Below are positions 27,951-37,853 of a stretch of DNA of 64,000 nt, one piece after another. The stretch comes from Candidatus Bathyarchaeota archaeon. Its GTDB lineage: Archaea > Thermoproteota > Bathyarchaeia > TCS64. The position numbers were made by a program, and so were the translations under genes. Position 1 is the first letter of the stretch, and each line of letters begins with the position of its first letter. Location: NCBI GenBank assembly GCA_018396695.1, contig JAGTQU010000003.1:12899-76898 (forward strand), in the 5' to 3' direction. Below the pieces are notes generated by a model, which worked only from the letters and a program-made list of their open reading frames with translations, was not told the origin of the DNA and did not search any database.

Positions 27951-29216
27951 ATGAATTACTTAACTAGAGTTGAAGGGCAGGCTGCTCTAGATATCTGGAT
28001 CTCAGGGACTAGTGAAGTTAGAGACTTGAAGCTGCGAGTTTTTGAGCCCTCCCGATTTTTTGAGTCTTTCGTGATTGGTAGAAGATACGATGAGCTGATG
28101 GAGCTTGCAGCGAGGATATGTGGGATCTGCCCGGTCAGCCACGAAATTACGGCTCTAAGGGCTGTAGAGAACGCTATGGGATTAGAAGTTAGTGAAGCAA
28201 CACGTAAGTTGCGGAAACTGATGGCTTTAAGCGCTTTTGTGAGCAGCCATGCTTTGAGCATCTATTTCCTGACGCTCCCTGACTACCTTGGCTATTCAGA
28301 TCTTGCTGAAGCTTCTAAAGAACATGGAGAACTTCTTAAATCTGCTCTCAAATTGAAGAAGCTGGGAAACGATCTTACTGAGCTTATAGGAGGCAGATCT
28401 GTTCATCCTGTCACAGCGGTGATCGGGAGATTCACCAACACAATATCGAAGGGTGAAGCTAATATAATGATAAAACGGTGTGAAGAAGCAAAAGCAGATG
28501 CTTTTGAAACGATAGAGCTCTTTAAAGAACTGGAGATTCCAAAATTCAATAGAAAATGCGAGCATATCGCTTTAAACCAACCTAACGAATACGCTATCAA
28601 CGAGGGATATGTGAAATCAACTGAGAGTCTGTATATTCCGCAAGAGGAATATAGGAACCGCGTAGAAGAGAGTCAAATACCATATTCGCACAGTAAACCC
28701 TCAACTGTTAAAGGGAGATCTTCTTATCTAGTTGGGCCTCTAGCAAGAGTTAACATAAACTTTGAACATCTATCGGAGGATGCTAGAAACGCTGCAAACA
28801 GCGTTGGTTTTAAGATTCCATCCTTCAATCCTTTCTACTCTCCCATCGCCCGTGCAGTAGAGATAGTCCACAGTCTAGATGAATGCATAGAGCTTCTTGA
28901 GACAATGCCTTACAAAGAAGATGAGAAGAGGATCAGGGTTAAAACTGGTAAAGGGTGCGCCATAACCGAGGCGCCTAGAGGGATGAACTATCACAGTTAT
29001 CTCTTAGACGATAGAGGAATAGTCGTCAAAGCAGATATTGCGCCTCCAACATGTCAGAACCATGGAAACATTGAGATGGATCTTCGAGAGCTTCTACCTC
29101 TACTGCTTGACCTCCCCGATGAGGAGATCGCTAAAAAGTGTGGAATGCTGATAAGGTCTTATGATCCCTGCATTTCATGTTCAGTTCACACAGTAAACAT
29201 CCATAGAACTAGATAG
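27951..29216 (+). CDS. hydA: [NiFe] hydrogenase large (alpha) subunit, group 3b. The start could alternatively be 27903 or 27888.
   Basis: N-terminal Ni-Fe ligand motif RICGICPVSH. The C-terminal motif DPCISCSVH is followed by a short extension (TVNIHRTR) of the kind removed by a maturation protease. Confidence 0.85.
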   Translation: MNYLTRVEGQAALDIWISGTSEVRDLKLRVFEPSRFFESFVIGRRYDELMELAARICGICPVSHEITALRAVENAMGLEVSEATRKLRKLMALSAFVSSHALSIYFLTLPDYLGYSDLAEASKEHGELLKSALKLKKLGNDLTELIGGRSVHPVTAVIGRFTNTISKGEANIMIKRCEEAKADAFETIELFKELEIPKFNRKCEHIALNQPNEYAINEGYVKSTESLYIPQEEYRNRVEESQIPYSHSKPSTVKGRSSYLVGPLARVNINFEHLSEDARNAANSVGFKIPSFNPFYSPIARAVEIVHSLDECIELLETMPYKEDEKRIRVKTGKGCAITEAPRGMNYHSYLLDDRGIVVKADIAPPTCQNHGNIEMDLRELLPLLLDLPDEEIAKKCGMLIRSYDPCISCSVHTVNIHRTR

Positions 29217-29621
29217 GGTAGGATATTATCTTCTAATCATGCTTAATTTTCTTAATTTGAATAAAAGACTCAGAACTTTATTTTAATAGATAAAAACGAT
29301 CTGATCTTACTTATATACAATAGAAAGGCCGTTTTCGGCTTTCTGCAACTTTCATAGCCTCGATTAATATCAACTCAGCATCACTGTTTAGTTTAGCGTC
29401 TTTTCTCCGTTTCTTTTCCGAACCCAGCGACATGATGATCTCTTGATCATGAACTGTTAATAATAGATTATGAATTATTGATCCATGGATAGATTAGGGA
29501 TCTTAAAGCTTCTTTATTTCCAACATATTTAGGTAAAAAATAATTGACTCATTTAAAATTTGAGCCTAATCGATCTAAACACCTTGAGTCGACGAGATTA
29601 ATTTAATTTTAATAATATGTT

Positions 29622-30212
29622 TTATTTGCGATATCTGTCGTTTTTCCAGATGTCTGCCGAGTCACTGTATATTCCGGATTCCCAGTATCCTAAACGCTTA
29701 TCTTCCATGAAGGTGATTCTTGTAATCCACATTGGGCTTTTATAGGCATATTTTTGAGGAACAACGAGTCTAACTGGACCACCTAGAGGCGGAGGCAGAT
29801 CTTCATCATTCAGTTTATGGGCTAAAATAACGTCGTCGTGGTTCAAATCTTCTATTGTTAGGGACGTCGTATAACCATCAGCGCACTCAAACCACACATA
29901 TCTTCCATCCATATTAGGCTTTACAAGAGCCATTATGGTTATGAATAATACTCCCTCCCATACACAGTCGAGAACGCTCCATCCTTCAACGCAATGGAAG
30001 TCACTTACTATCCTGGTCTGAGGCATCTTGAGAAAGTCTAACCATCTGAGTTTTAATGGATGTTTTATCTGCCCATCTATTGTAAGGACCCATTTTTCCC
30101 TATTTATTTTTGGGAGTTCTTTTACTATCCCAGGGTGATCTATACCCCACCTTAGGATGCCTTTTATGGGTTTTTGGTTTGGAGGCATCTGCCTCTCTTT
30201 TTCAACCTTCAA
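29622..30212 (-). CDS. Molybdopterin-dependent oxidoreductase of the sulfite oxidase family (YedY/MsrP-like catalytic domain).
   Basis: FHCVEGWS Mo-ligand Cys motif is present. Size is about 196 aa. Confidence 0.7.
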   Translation of the reverse strand: MKVEKERQMPPNQKPIKGILRWGIDHPGIVKELPKINREKWVLTIDGQIKHPLKLRWLDFLKMPQTRIVSDFHCVEGWSVLDCVWEGVLFITIMALVKPNMDGRYVWFECADGYTTSLTIEDLNHDDVILAHKLNDEDLPPPLGGPVRLVVPQKYAYKSPMWITRITFMEDKRLGYWESGIYSDSADIWKNDRYRK

Positions 30213-30304
30213 AACGCGTCTCTATAAAGCTTGATGAACCTTGCAATAAAAAGATAATTGAAGATCTGTGTGATGGAATACTTTATGTTATTCCTCAACC
30301 CATT

Positions 30305-30976
30305 TTGAGCGAGGAGGATGAGTTGGGCAAGGTCGATGAGCTATTGCTCAGGCTTGAGAAAAACTATCCAGAGGTAAATAGGACGGCTCTTAACTGGGAG
30401 ACTCCTCTAGACATCCTTGTGGCTACGATACTTTCTGCTCAGACGACTGACGCGAAAGTAAACGAAGTGACGAAAACGCTATTCAAAAAATACAGGACTG
30501 CTGAAGACTACGTGAAAGTCTCAAGAGAAGAGCTTGAAAAAGATATTCACTCGTTAGGTTTTTTCCGTCAGAAAGCCAAGTTCGTCCAAGAAGCTTGCAA
30601 GCAGATCATAGAAGACTATGGCGGCTCGGTTCCGAATCGGATGGAAGATTTAATAAAGCTAAAGGGCGTTGCAAGAAAGACTGCTAACATCGTGTTATCG
30701 AATGCTTTTGGAGTTGTTGAAGGAATCGCAGTAGACACTCATGTCATGCGCCTATCAAAGAGGCTTGGCTTAACTAGCAGTAATGATAGAAACAAGATAG
30801 AAGAGGATCTAATGAAGATCGTTCCAAAGGAGAGATGGTTTAGTTTCAGCAATCTGATCATTGAACATGGTAGAAGAATCTGTTCAGCTCAAAAGCCGAA
30901 ATGTGATGTATGCGTATTAAATGATCTCTGCCCGTCTGCCTTTTCTTTCACTAGTAATAATGATGTAAAGCAATAA
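30305..30976 (+). CDS. nth: Endonuclease III (HhH-GPD DNA glycosylase with a [4Fe-4S] cluster). The track ORF start at 30110 overlaps the neighbouring gene, so the likely real start is the TTG at 30305.
   Basis: ILSAQTTD, the HhH motif LKGVARKTANIV, the catalytic Lys/Asp region, and the C-terminal CxxxxxxCxxCxxxxxC cluster motif (CSAQKPKCDVCVLNDLC). Confidence 0.8.
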   Translation: MSEEDELGKVDELLLRLEKNYPEVNRTALNWETPLDILVATILSAQTTDAKVNEVTKTLFKKYRTAEDYVKVSREELEKDIHSLGFFRQKAKFVQEACKQIIEDYGGSVPNRMEDLIKLKGVARKTANIVLSNAFGVVEGIAVDTHVMRLSKRLGLTSSNDRNKIEEDLMKIVPKERWFSFSNLIIEHGRRICSAQKPKCDVCVLNDLCPSAFSFTSNNDVKQ

Positions 30977-31012
30977 TACCCTATGCATCAAAAAAGGAGG
31001 GTGGTTAAAACA

Positions 31013-31534
31013 TCAAATCTTCGCGTATATTTTTTTATATTTCTCGGCTTTGGATAAAGTTCGTTCGCGTTCCCTAGACAGCATCTCTTTATCCTCTTCT
31101 GAGACTTCCCTGATAGGCTTAGCGGGTATTCCAATAGCCAGTTGATTCGGATTTATAATGGTTTTTGGAGGCACTAATGCGCCTGATCCTATTATCACAC
31201 CGTCTCCAATCTCTGCTTTGTCGAGAACAATAGCTCCAATGCCTATTAGCACGTTCTTTCCAATCTTGGCTCCGTGAACTATCGCACCATGAGATATGAT
31301 CGTATCTTCTCCAATAATGACTGGAGAGCCTGAAGGAGCTTCTATAATAGCGTTCTCAAGGATTGTAGTTCTAGCCCCTATGACAACTCTATCATCATCG
31401 CCTCTTATAACAGCTCCATTCCAGATGTTTGCCTTCTCCCTCACTATTACTTTGCCTATTATCCATGAACCTGGGGCTTGGAAAACAGATTCATGAACCT
31501 CCGGTTTATCGCCATTGTATTCTACCTTCGACAT
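31013..31534 (-). CDS. Gamma-class carbonic anhydrase / hexapeptide-repeat (left-handed beta-helix) protein.
   Basis: Repeated hexapeptide [LIV]-G-x-x-x-x units. The His ligands are spaced as in gamma-class carbonic anhydrases. Confidence 0.75.
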   Translation of the reverse strand: MSKVEYNGDKPEVHESVFQAPGSWIIGKVIVREKANIWNGAVIRGDDDRVVIGARTTILENAIIEAPSGSPVIIGEDTIISHGAIVHGAKIGKNVLIGIGAIVLDKAEIGDGVIIGSGALVPPKTIINPNQLAIGIPAKPIREVSEEDKEMLSRERERTLSKAEKYKKIYAKI

Positions 31535-31614
31535 TTACTCCACCAACCTTGGATTATGAGTGAAACTCTAATAAACCTTAATAATGTTTTCAATTTTACA
31601 ATTGTGGCGATGGT

Positions 31615-32001
31615 TTGAACTATCAACAATATATCTTAGAGATAGGTATGGGCGTTGATCTCCATGGAGGAGATGAAACTAAGGCAGCGGAGAGGGCGGT
31701 TAGAGACGCTATAAGCCGTGTGAGTATGGTTGGTCTAGGAAGTCTATTCAAAGCTAAGAGCTTTAAAGAGGTTGAAGAAGCACTATTAGTTGATGTAACT
31801 ATAAGCACACCAAACCCTGAAAGGATTGATGGAAAAGCGGTTTTAAAAATGCTTCCAGAAGGCAGAAGAAGGATAAGAGTCGTCAAAGGCGGAGCTGTTT
31901 TTCCAACTGAGGATACACCAGAAGAATCGAAGACTCATAATGTTGTCGTCGCGGTGTGCATAATCGTAGTTCTTGTGGATCTAGACATGCTGAAAACATG
32001 A
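31615..32001 (+). CDS. Conserved hypothetical protein (Lin0512-like small family).
   Basis: N-terminus EIGMGVDLHGGDETKAA and the VKGGAVFP region. Confidence 0.3.
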   Translation: MNYQQYILEIGMGVDLHGGDETKAAERAVRDAISRVSMVGLGSLFKAKSFKEVEEALLVDVTISTPNPERIDGKAVLKMLPEGRRRIRVVKGGAVFPTEDTPEESKTHNVVVAVCIIVVLVDLDMLKT

Positions 32002-32025
32002 GACAACTATCCTTGTTTCCAATTT

Positions 32026-32961
32026 TTATTTTTTAATTATCTCTTCGAAATAGTCAATTATTTTTTTATGGATTGGGATCCCTGTTGCTTCTATTAGAGC
32101 CGTATAACCTGGAAAACAGTTCGCCTCAAGGACATAGGGTTTCCCATCCTTGCCTGGTAAGATATCGATCCCCGTGATTTTGAAACCCATCGCTTTCGTA
32201 ACCTTGACAGCCAGCTCATCATAAATATCATCTTCGAAGGGGGATGCTTGTCCACCGGCACTCACGTTATATCTGAAATCGTTCGGATTAGATCTCTTCT
32301 CTCTCCCAACTACCTTTTCACCTATAACGAAGCATCTTATGTCGTAGCCGAGGTTTGGTTTGAACTCTTGAAGATAGAAGACGCCTTCAGCGAAACTTCT
32401 ATTATACCATGTTAGAAACTGCAAGAGGTCTCCTCTACTCCTAATCCCGCTCAACATCGTGACACCTATGCCTCTACCCCTACAGAGCGGTTTAAGAACA
32501 ACTTCTTTTCCCGAGTCGAGCAGCTCAGCGGCAAAATTATACGCGTATTCTATATTCTCCGTTATTATCGTCTTAGGTGTAGGCAGGTTTAACTTCTCCA
32601 TTTGAATCGAGAGATGCTCTTTTGAATATAGTAACATGCTTTCAATGGAATTTATAACTATGGAAGCTTGATCTTCCAATTCTTTGAGCATGAGCAATCT
32701 ATGGATGAGTTCAAAGGTCGAACCCCTGTTAAGCATGTTGCTAGGTACATAGACTAGGTCGACCGAGAGCTTCTCATGTTCAAGCATGACAATATCCCAA
32801 GGAGCTTTGACCCGTGTTTCTATCCCCCTCGATCTCGCCTCCTTAATCACAAGCTGGGTCTCATTTACCGATGGGTTGTCAGTAAAGATCATAATCTTCA
32901 ACATGTATACGTGTTGGAGAACTATGCAACTCACCCTTAAATCTTTAAGGCTTAAGCACAA
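32026..32961 (-). CDS. ATP-grasp ligase of the RimK/LysX/glutamate-ligase family. The likely real start is the internal Met at MLKIMIFTD.
   Basis: ATP-grasp motifs VVLKPLCRGRGIGV and YLQEF are present, as is the C-terminal GIDILPGKDGKPYVLEAN pattern. Confidence 0.7.
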   Translation of the reverse strand: MCLSLKDLRVSCIVLQHVYMLKIMIFTDNPSVNETQLVIKEARSRGIETRVKAPWDIVMLEHEKLSVDLVYVPSNMLNRGSTFELIHRLLMLKELEDQASIVINSIESMLLYSKEHLSIQMEKLNLPTPKTIITENIEYAYNFAAELLDSGKEVVLKPLCRGRGIGVTMLSGIRSRGDLLQFLTWYNRSFAEGVFYLQEFKPNLGYDIRCFVIGEKVVGREKRSNPNDFRYNVSAGGQASPFEDDIYDELAVKVTKAMGFKITGIDILPGKDGKPYVLEANCFPGYTALIEATGIPIHKKIIDYFEEIIKK

Positions 32962-32965
32962 TTAA

Positions 32966-34420
32966 TTGATCGAATATTTGGAGGAGAACAGGTTGGAGAA
33001 CCCTTATTTAGATGTTGATAAAAAAGTCCTCTCGGAGATATATACATCGTCTGAGCCCTTAGACAACCTTACAATCTTATGCGATGTCTATGGGAGCAGA
33101 TTTGCAGGAACACCAGGAGATAAAGATTCAGTCGAATGGATGGTTAAGAAACTAAAAGAATATGGCATCGAAAACGCGCATTATGAGAATTATCAAATGC
33201 CTGGTTGGATAAGGGGTCCTGCAAAGCTTGAGATTATTTCTCCGCTTGAAAGACAGCTAGAATGCATCTCCTTACCCTTCGGGATTGGAGGCGAGGTCGA
33301 GGGAAAGCTAGTTGACCTTGGAGACGGAAACGTGGACATCTATGAAAAGCGAAGAGACGAAATAAATGAAAACATAGTTATGGTTTCGAGCAGGAACCCA
33401 ATCGGATTGAATAGACATCTCCACCGAAGGGAGAAATATATAAGGAGCGTTCTAGCGGGGGCTAAAGGCTGGATCTTCGTTAACCAATACCCTGCTTATG
33501 GACCCCAGACAGGTGGAGTGAGTCCAATAATCCCTGCTATAAGCATCTCTTACGAGGATGGATGTTTCCTTTCAAGGCTTATAGAGCGGGAGAAAATTGT
33601 GAAAGTTAGGATTACGACAACCGATAAGAATATAGACATAACAAGTTTTAACGTCGTATGCGACATCCCTGGGACGTCAGACTCTAAGGAATATGTTCTT
33701 GCAGGGTCTCACTACGATGGACATGACATATCTCAAGGAGCATTAGATCCAGCTTCAGGAGCTGTGACGATCATTGAAATGGCTCGAGTTTTAAACATGG
33801 TGAAAGATAAAATCAAAAGGCGTATCCGGCTAGTCTGCTTTGGAGCAGAAGAAGTTGGGCTTCTAGGCTCGTACAATTATGTTGAGCAGCATTCGTCTGA
33901 GATGGAGGATTTAAGGTTTATGCTCAATTTGGACTCTGCTGCACGTAGTGGCAAAAAGGGGATAATCCTACATGACCATCCTGAACTTGAAACATTTATG
34001 GACAGGATAGCTAAAGAGATGAAAGCAGATATCCCTTATTTCCAAAGAGTAAGCCCGTATAGCGACCACTGGCCATTCTTCCTTAAGGGTGTTCCATGCG
34101 GGAGCGGTGGTGATCCCGAGGAGATTCGAACAAGTACAGGTAGGGGATATGGACATACAAAGTTTGATACTGTTGATAAAGTGGAACTCTCCCACTTGAG
34201 AGAGGCTGCTGCCAACTATGCTCGATTCCTTATCAGAGTTGCTAATACCGATGAATGGCCTGCAAGGAGGAAAACACAGCAGGAGATAAATGAGTTTGTT
34301 AAAAAGCAAGGATATGACGAGACAGTTGCCTTGGAGACTCGTGTAAAGAATTACGTTAGAACTTGGGAGAAAATACCTCCAGAGACTAAGGCTTGGCTAG
34401 AAAGGAAAAGCGACTGGTAA
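32966..34420 (+). CDS. M28-family zinc aminopeptidase.
   Basis: HYDGHDISQGALDPASG and FGAEEVGLLGS metal-ligand motifs. Confidence 0.75.
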   Translation: MIEYLEENRLENPYLDVDKKVLSEIYTSSEPLDNLTILCDVYGSRFAGTPGDKDSVEWMVKKLKEYGIENAHYENYQMPGWIRGPAKLEIISPLERQLECISLPFGIGGEVEGKLVDLGDGNVDIYEKRRDEINENIVMVSSRNPIGLNRHLHRREKYIRSVLAGAKGWIFVNQYPAYGPQTGGVSPIIPAISISYEDGCFLSRLIEREKIVKVRITTTDKNIDITSFNVVCDIPGTSDSKEYVLAGSHYDGHDISQGALDPASGAVTIIEMARVLNMVKDKIKRRIRLVCFGAEEVGLLGSYNYVEQHSSEMEDLRFMLNLDSAARSGKKGIILHDHPELETFMDRIAKEMKADIPYFQRVSPYSDHWPFFLKGVPCGSGGDPEEIRTSTGRGYGHTKFDTVDKVELSHLREAAANYARFLIRVANTDEWPARRKTQQEINEFVKKQGYDETVALETRVKNYVRTWEKIPPETKAWLERKSDW

Positions 34421-34538
34421 TCCTTATCTTATCTAACTTGCACCATGCACCCTACTCGATTTCTAGGCTTCAAAACATTAAAAATTTTAGCAGATCTGAT
34501 GCCTAAACTTAAAAAAAGTTAAGCATCTTTTATCATAG

Positions 34539-35966
34539 ATGTATAGTGAAAAATTTTTCGTTTTTAATTGGATAGATGAGCATTCTCAGAGGATAATAAA
34601 CATAAGCGACTCGATCTGGAGGCTAGCCGAGCTTGGACTTATGGAATATAAATCTTCTAAGGTTTTATCAGACGAGCTTAATGAAGCTGGTTTCCAAATA
34701 GAATACGGGGTCGCTGGGCTACCTACTGCCTTCACAGCTTCTTGGGGTAAAGGAAAACCTGTGATAGGCGTTATGGGAGAGTATGATGCTCTCCCAGGAC
34801 TATCTCAAGATATTGTTCCATTCAAGAAACCTCTTGAAGGAGCTGTAAATGGTCACGGATGCGGACATAACATTCATGGAGCTTCAGGCTTAGCAGGGAT
34901 CTTGGCTGTGAAAAAACTAATGGAGAAGAACAACATAAAAGGCACACTCAAGTATTTCGGCTGTCCTGCTGAAGAGAGCGCCAGCGGAAAAGTTTGGATG
35001 GTGCGAGAAGGAGTGTTCAAAGGGGTCGACGCTGTGTTAAGCCACCATCCAAGCACCATGAACGTTGCCCCGTTGTCAAGCAGCCTTGCAAACAACTCTG
35101 TAAAATTTCATTTCTATGGGAAAACATCCCACGCTGCAAGTTCCCCTGAGCAGGGTAGAAGCGCACTAGACGCTGTAGAGCTGATGAATGTTGGAGTAAA
35201 CTTTCTAAGAGAACATGTAATCCACGATGCACGTGTTCATTATATTATTGAGGAAGGAGGAGGTCAGCCTAATGTTGTTCCCGACTATGCTCGAAGCTGG
35301 TATCTGATCAGGGCACCTGAAAGAGCTCAAGTCGAGGAGATATACAATAGGATTCTCGCGATAGCGAAAGGTGCTGAGCTGATGACAAGCACTACTCACA
35401 AAGTGGAGTTCATCAAAGGGGTCTACAATAAGATACCTAACAAAACACTCAGTGAATGTGTAACCTCAAATATGAGGATGATCGGATTACCAAATTACAA
35501 TAATGAAGAGTTGATCTTCGCTGAGAAGATTTCTGAATCCATTCCTAAAGAGGCGAAGATTGAAGAGTTACGCAAATCGAAGAGACCTGGTTGGGAAGAA
35601 ATGGTTGATTGGCTGATAGACGTGGAGGTGCCAAACGCTTGGAATGAAGGCGAAGTTAGCCACGGCTCCACAGATGTCTCAGATGTGAGCTGGCAAGCCC
35701 CGACAATGGAGTTTTCTACTGCAACTTACGTTCTCGGGACGCCCGGACACTCATGGCAGGTAGTTGCTCAATCTGGATCCAGCATGGGGCATAAGTCGCT
35801 ATTATACGCATCCAAAATAATAGCGGCCTCTATAATAGACATTCTTCTAGACAATGAGGTTTTAGAAAAGGCTTGGAAAGAGCATGAGAAGAGGATTGGA
35901 GGCAGAAAATACGTGCCTCCTATACCGGAAGAGTTGAAACCACCATTGAATCTATGGCAAAAATAA
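34539..35966 (+). CDS. M20D-family amidohydrolase (AbgB / hippurate-hydrolase-like).
   Basis: HGCGHNIHG metal motif. The overall 475-aa two-domain pattern matches. Confidence 0.8.
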   Translation: MYSEKFFVFNWIDEHSQRIINISDSIWRLAELGLMEYKSSKVLSDELNEAGFQIEYGVAGLPTAFTASWGKGKPVIGVMGEYDALPGLSQDIVPFKKPLEGAVNGHGCGHNIHGASGLAGILAVKKLMEKNNIKGTLKYFGCPAEESASGKVWMVREGVFKGVDAVLSHHPSTMNVAPLSSSLANNSVKFHFYGKTSHAASSPEQGRSALDAVELMNVGVNFLREHVIHDARVHYIIEEGGGQPNVVPDYARSWYLIRAPERAQVEEIYNRILAIAKGAELMTSTTHKVEFIKGVYNKIPNKTLSECVTSNMRMIGLPNYNNEELIFAEKISESIPKEAKIEELRKSKRPGWEEMVDWLIDVEVPNAWNEGEVSHGSTDVSDVSWQAPTMEFSTATYVLGTPGHSWQVVAQSGSSMGHKSLLYASKIIAASIIDILLDNEVLEKAWKEHEKRIGGRKYVPPIPEELKPPLNLWQK

Positions 35967-35988
35967 GTGATCCTAATCTCCGAAGAGT

Positions 35989-36447
35989 CTAGTCTTTAAG
36001 CTCGACAACCATCCAAGCCTCGACTGTGATCCATCCAGGATGATGGAGTGGGATGGCTGCGCGAGCAGGCTTGCCGTTCTCCGGACCGAACAATTCGACA
36101 AGGAGGTCTGTAAAACCGTTCAGAACCTTCGGCTGGTCGTAGAAGCCTTCAGCACTGTTAATAAAACCGATTACTTGAACAACTTGCTTAATCCTGTCGA
36201 GGTCTCCGATGACTTTTTTAAGTTGTGCAAGGCAGTTTAGGCAGGCCTCCCTCGCTGCCTGATAGCCTTCTTCTATGGTCAAATGTCCTTCTCCCACCAT
36301 TCCTCTTCTGGTGCTCCTGAAGGGGCCTTGACCAGCTGAAAATGCGAGGTTCCCCGCCTTCTTAGCTCCTAAGTATACTCCAGCCGGTTCTGGGGGTGGA
36401 GGCAAGGTTAATCCAAGCTTCCTAAGCTTATCCTCTACTATACCCAA
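35989..36447 (-). CDS. RidA/YjgF-family enamine/imine deaminase-like protein.
   Basis: The C-terminal PARAAI...VEAWMVVE signature of the RidA fold is present. Confidence 0.6.
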   Translation of the reverse strand: MGIVEDKLRKLGLTLPPPPEPAGVYLGAKKAGNLAFSAGQGPFRSTRRGMVGEGHLTIEEGYQAAREACLNCLAQLKKVIGDLDRIKQVVQVIGFINSAEGFYDQPKVLNGFTDLLVELFGPENGKPARAAIPLHHPGWITVEAWMVVELKD

Positions 36448-36579
36448 TTTTATCCCTTCTCTATTCTAGCTATTGTTCTTTTATTCCTTGTGTTATTATT
36501 TAGTCTTTTAACCTTAGTTTCACGTTGACATTTTATCTTCATCTAAACTTTTTTAACTTAGGCATAGTAGAAGAATGCT

Positions 36580-37245
36580 GTGTCGAATAAGAAAACTGGT
36601 AATCGATTCTCTAATGACTGGTCTGAAGATGAGTTAAATAAGATCTACAGCGAAATAGTCTCAGCGGTAACTATCCCGGTTGGCGTCAAGGTCGAGGGGA
36701 GCCAGAAGATCCTCGATTTCAGCCGGGTTGAGCAAATCCTAAAGAATGCCAATCTTATAGTTGTTCAAGACTGTGGATGTAGGGTTGAGCGTAACAACTG
36801 CTCATCTCCAAGAGATGTATGCATCAGTATAGATGAAGAGGCTGAGAAATCTCTTGAGATAGGTGTGAATAATCCCAGAAAAGTGAGTCTAGAAGAGGCA
36901 TTAGGGAAGATTAAAAAGGCTCATGAAGCTGGGCTTGTCTCGATGGCGTATCAACTTGAAGGGCGAGACAAAATTAGCCCAATATGTAATTGCTGCTCCT
37001 GTTGCTGCCATACTCTCTCTGGATTGGTACGTTTCGGGTTAGCAAAACATGTATTATCTTCGGATATGATTTCCAAAACAAATGAAAATCTGTGCATAAA
37101 CTGTGGAGTCTGCGCTGATAGGTGTCAATTCAATGCTAGAAGATTAGAGAAGGGGAAAATGGTTTATGACTCAGAGCAATGTTTTGGATGCGGGCTCTGT
37201 GTGAGCGCTTGCCCAGTGACCGCAATAGAATTGGTTAAGCGTTAA
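36580..37245 (+). CDS. Cys-rich protein with a C-terminal 2x[4Fe-4S] ferredoxin domain.
   Basis: CINCGVCADRC and CFGCGLCVSACP motifs. An upstream CNCCSCCCH cluster is present. Confidence 0.6.
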   Translation: MSNKKTGNRFSNDWSEDELNKIYSEIVSAVTIPVGVKVEGSQKILDFSRVEQILKNANLIVVQDCGCRVERNNCSSPRDVCISIDEEAEKSLEIGVNNPRKVSLEEALGKIKKAHEAGLVSMAYQLEGRDKISPICNCCSCCCHTLSGLVRFGLAKHVLSSDMISKTNENLCINCGVCADRCQFNARRLEKGKMVYDSEQCFGCGLCVSACPVTAIELVKR

Positions 37246-37286
37246 AAATGTTTATAAATGAGTTTATATAGTAGACCTCAACTTAG

Positions 37287-37853
37287 TTGAGGTCTACTAC
37301 TATGACTCTTGGACCCCTTAAGAGAGCTCGAATAAGCCTTTTTCAACTACTCATGTTGATACAGCTTAGTAGCGAACCTAAATATGGTTATGAAATCTTA
37401 AAAGAATTAAAGGAACATTTTGGGTCTACTTGGAACCCTAAGACTGGCACAATATATCCTGCGTTAAGAAGCTTAGAAGGGAGGGGTTTTATTAAAACCA
37501 GTCGTAAGGAAGACAAAGAATTCTATGTTTTAACAAATAAAGGCAAATCGGTAATGAATGGATTATTAAACAATATTGAAAAAGAAATCTCTTTTTCAAA
37601 TAAATATTTTGAATTTGTTAATCAGAAACTCTCAGTATCTATGAAAGAAAAAGTTATTGATATAATTAATAAAATGATTAAGGAAAACATTTTATTAATG
37701 GGAATAATGAACATTTTCTCAGATGATGAACTAGACAAAAAAATAAGACTTAATGCATTATATGGGTTAAAAAATATTCTTGAAGAAAGGTTGGATCATG
37801 TTAATAATATGATAGTGAAATTGGAAGGAGACAGCTATGAGCTACATTGTTGA
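37287..37853 (+). CDS. PadR-family transcriptional regulator with a C-terminal extension.
   Basis: YGYEILKELKE...GTIYPALRSLEGRGFI winged-helix signature. Confidence 0.7.
   Translation: MRSTTMTLGPLKRARISLFQLLMLIQLSSEPKYGYEILKELKEHFGSTWNPKTGTIYPALRSLEGRGFIKTSRKEDKEFYVLTNKGKSVMNGLLNNIEKEISFSNKYFEFVNQKLSVSMKEKVIDIINKMIKENILLMGIMNIFSDDELDKKIRLNALYGLKNILEERLDHVNNMIVKLEGDSYELHC

Noticed and set aside
30110-30304. Long N-terminal extension of the endonuclease III ORF, overlapping the molybdopterin oxidoreductase on the opposite strand.
   Set aside because: The Nth homology begins only near 30305. The upstream portion overlaps a well-supported minus-strand gene, so the real start was moved to the in-frame TTG.
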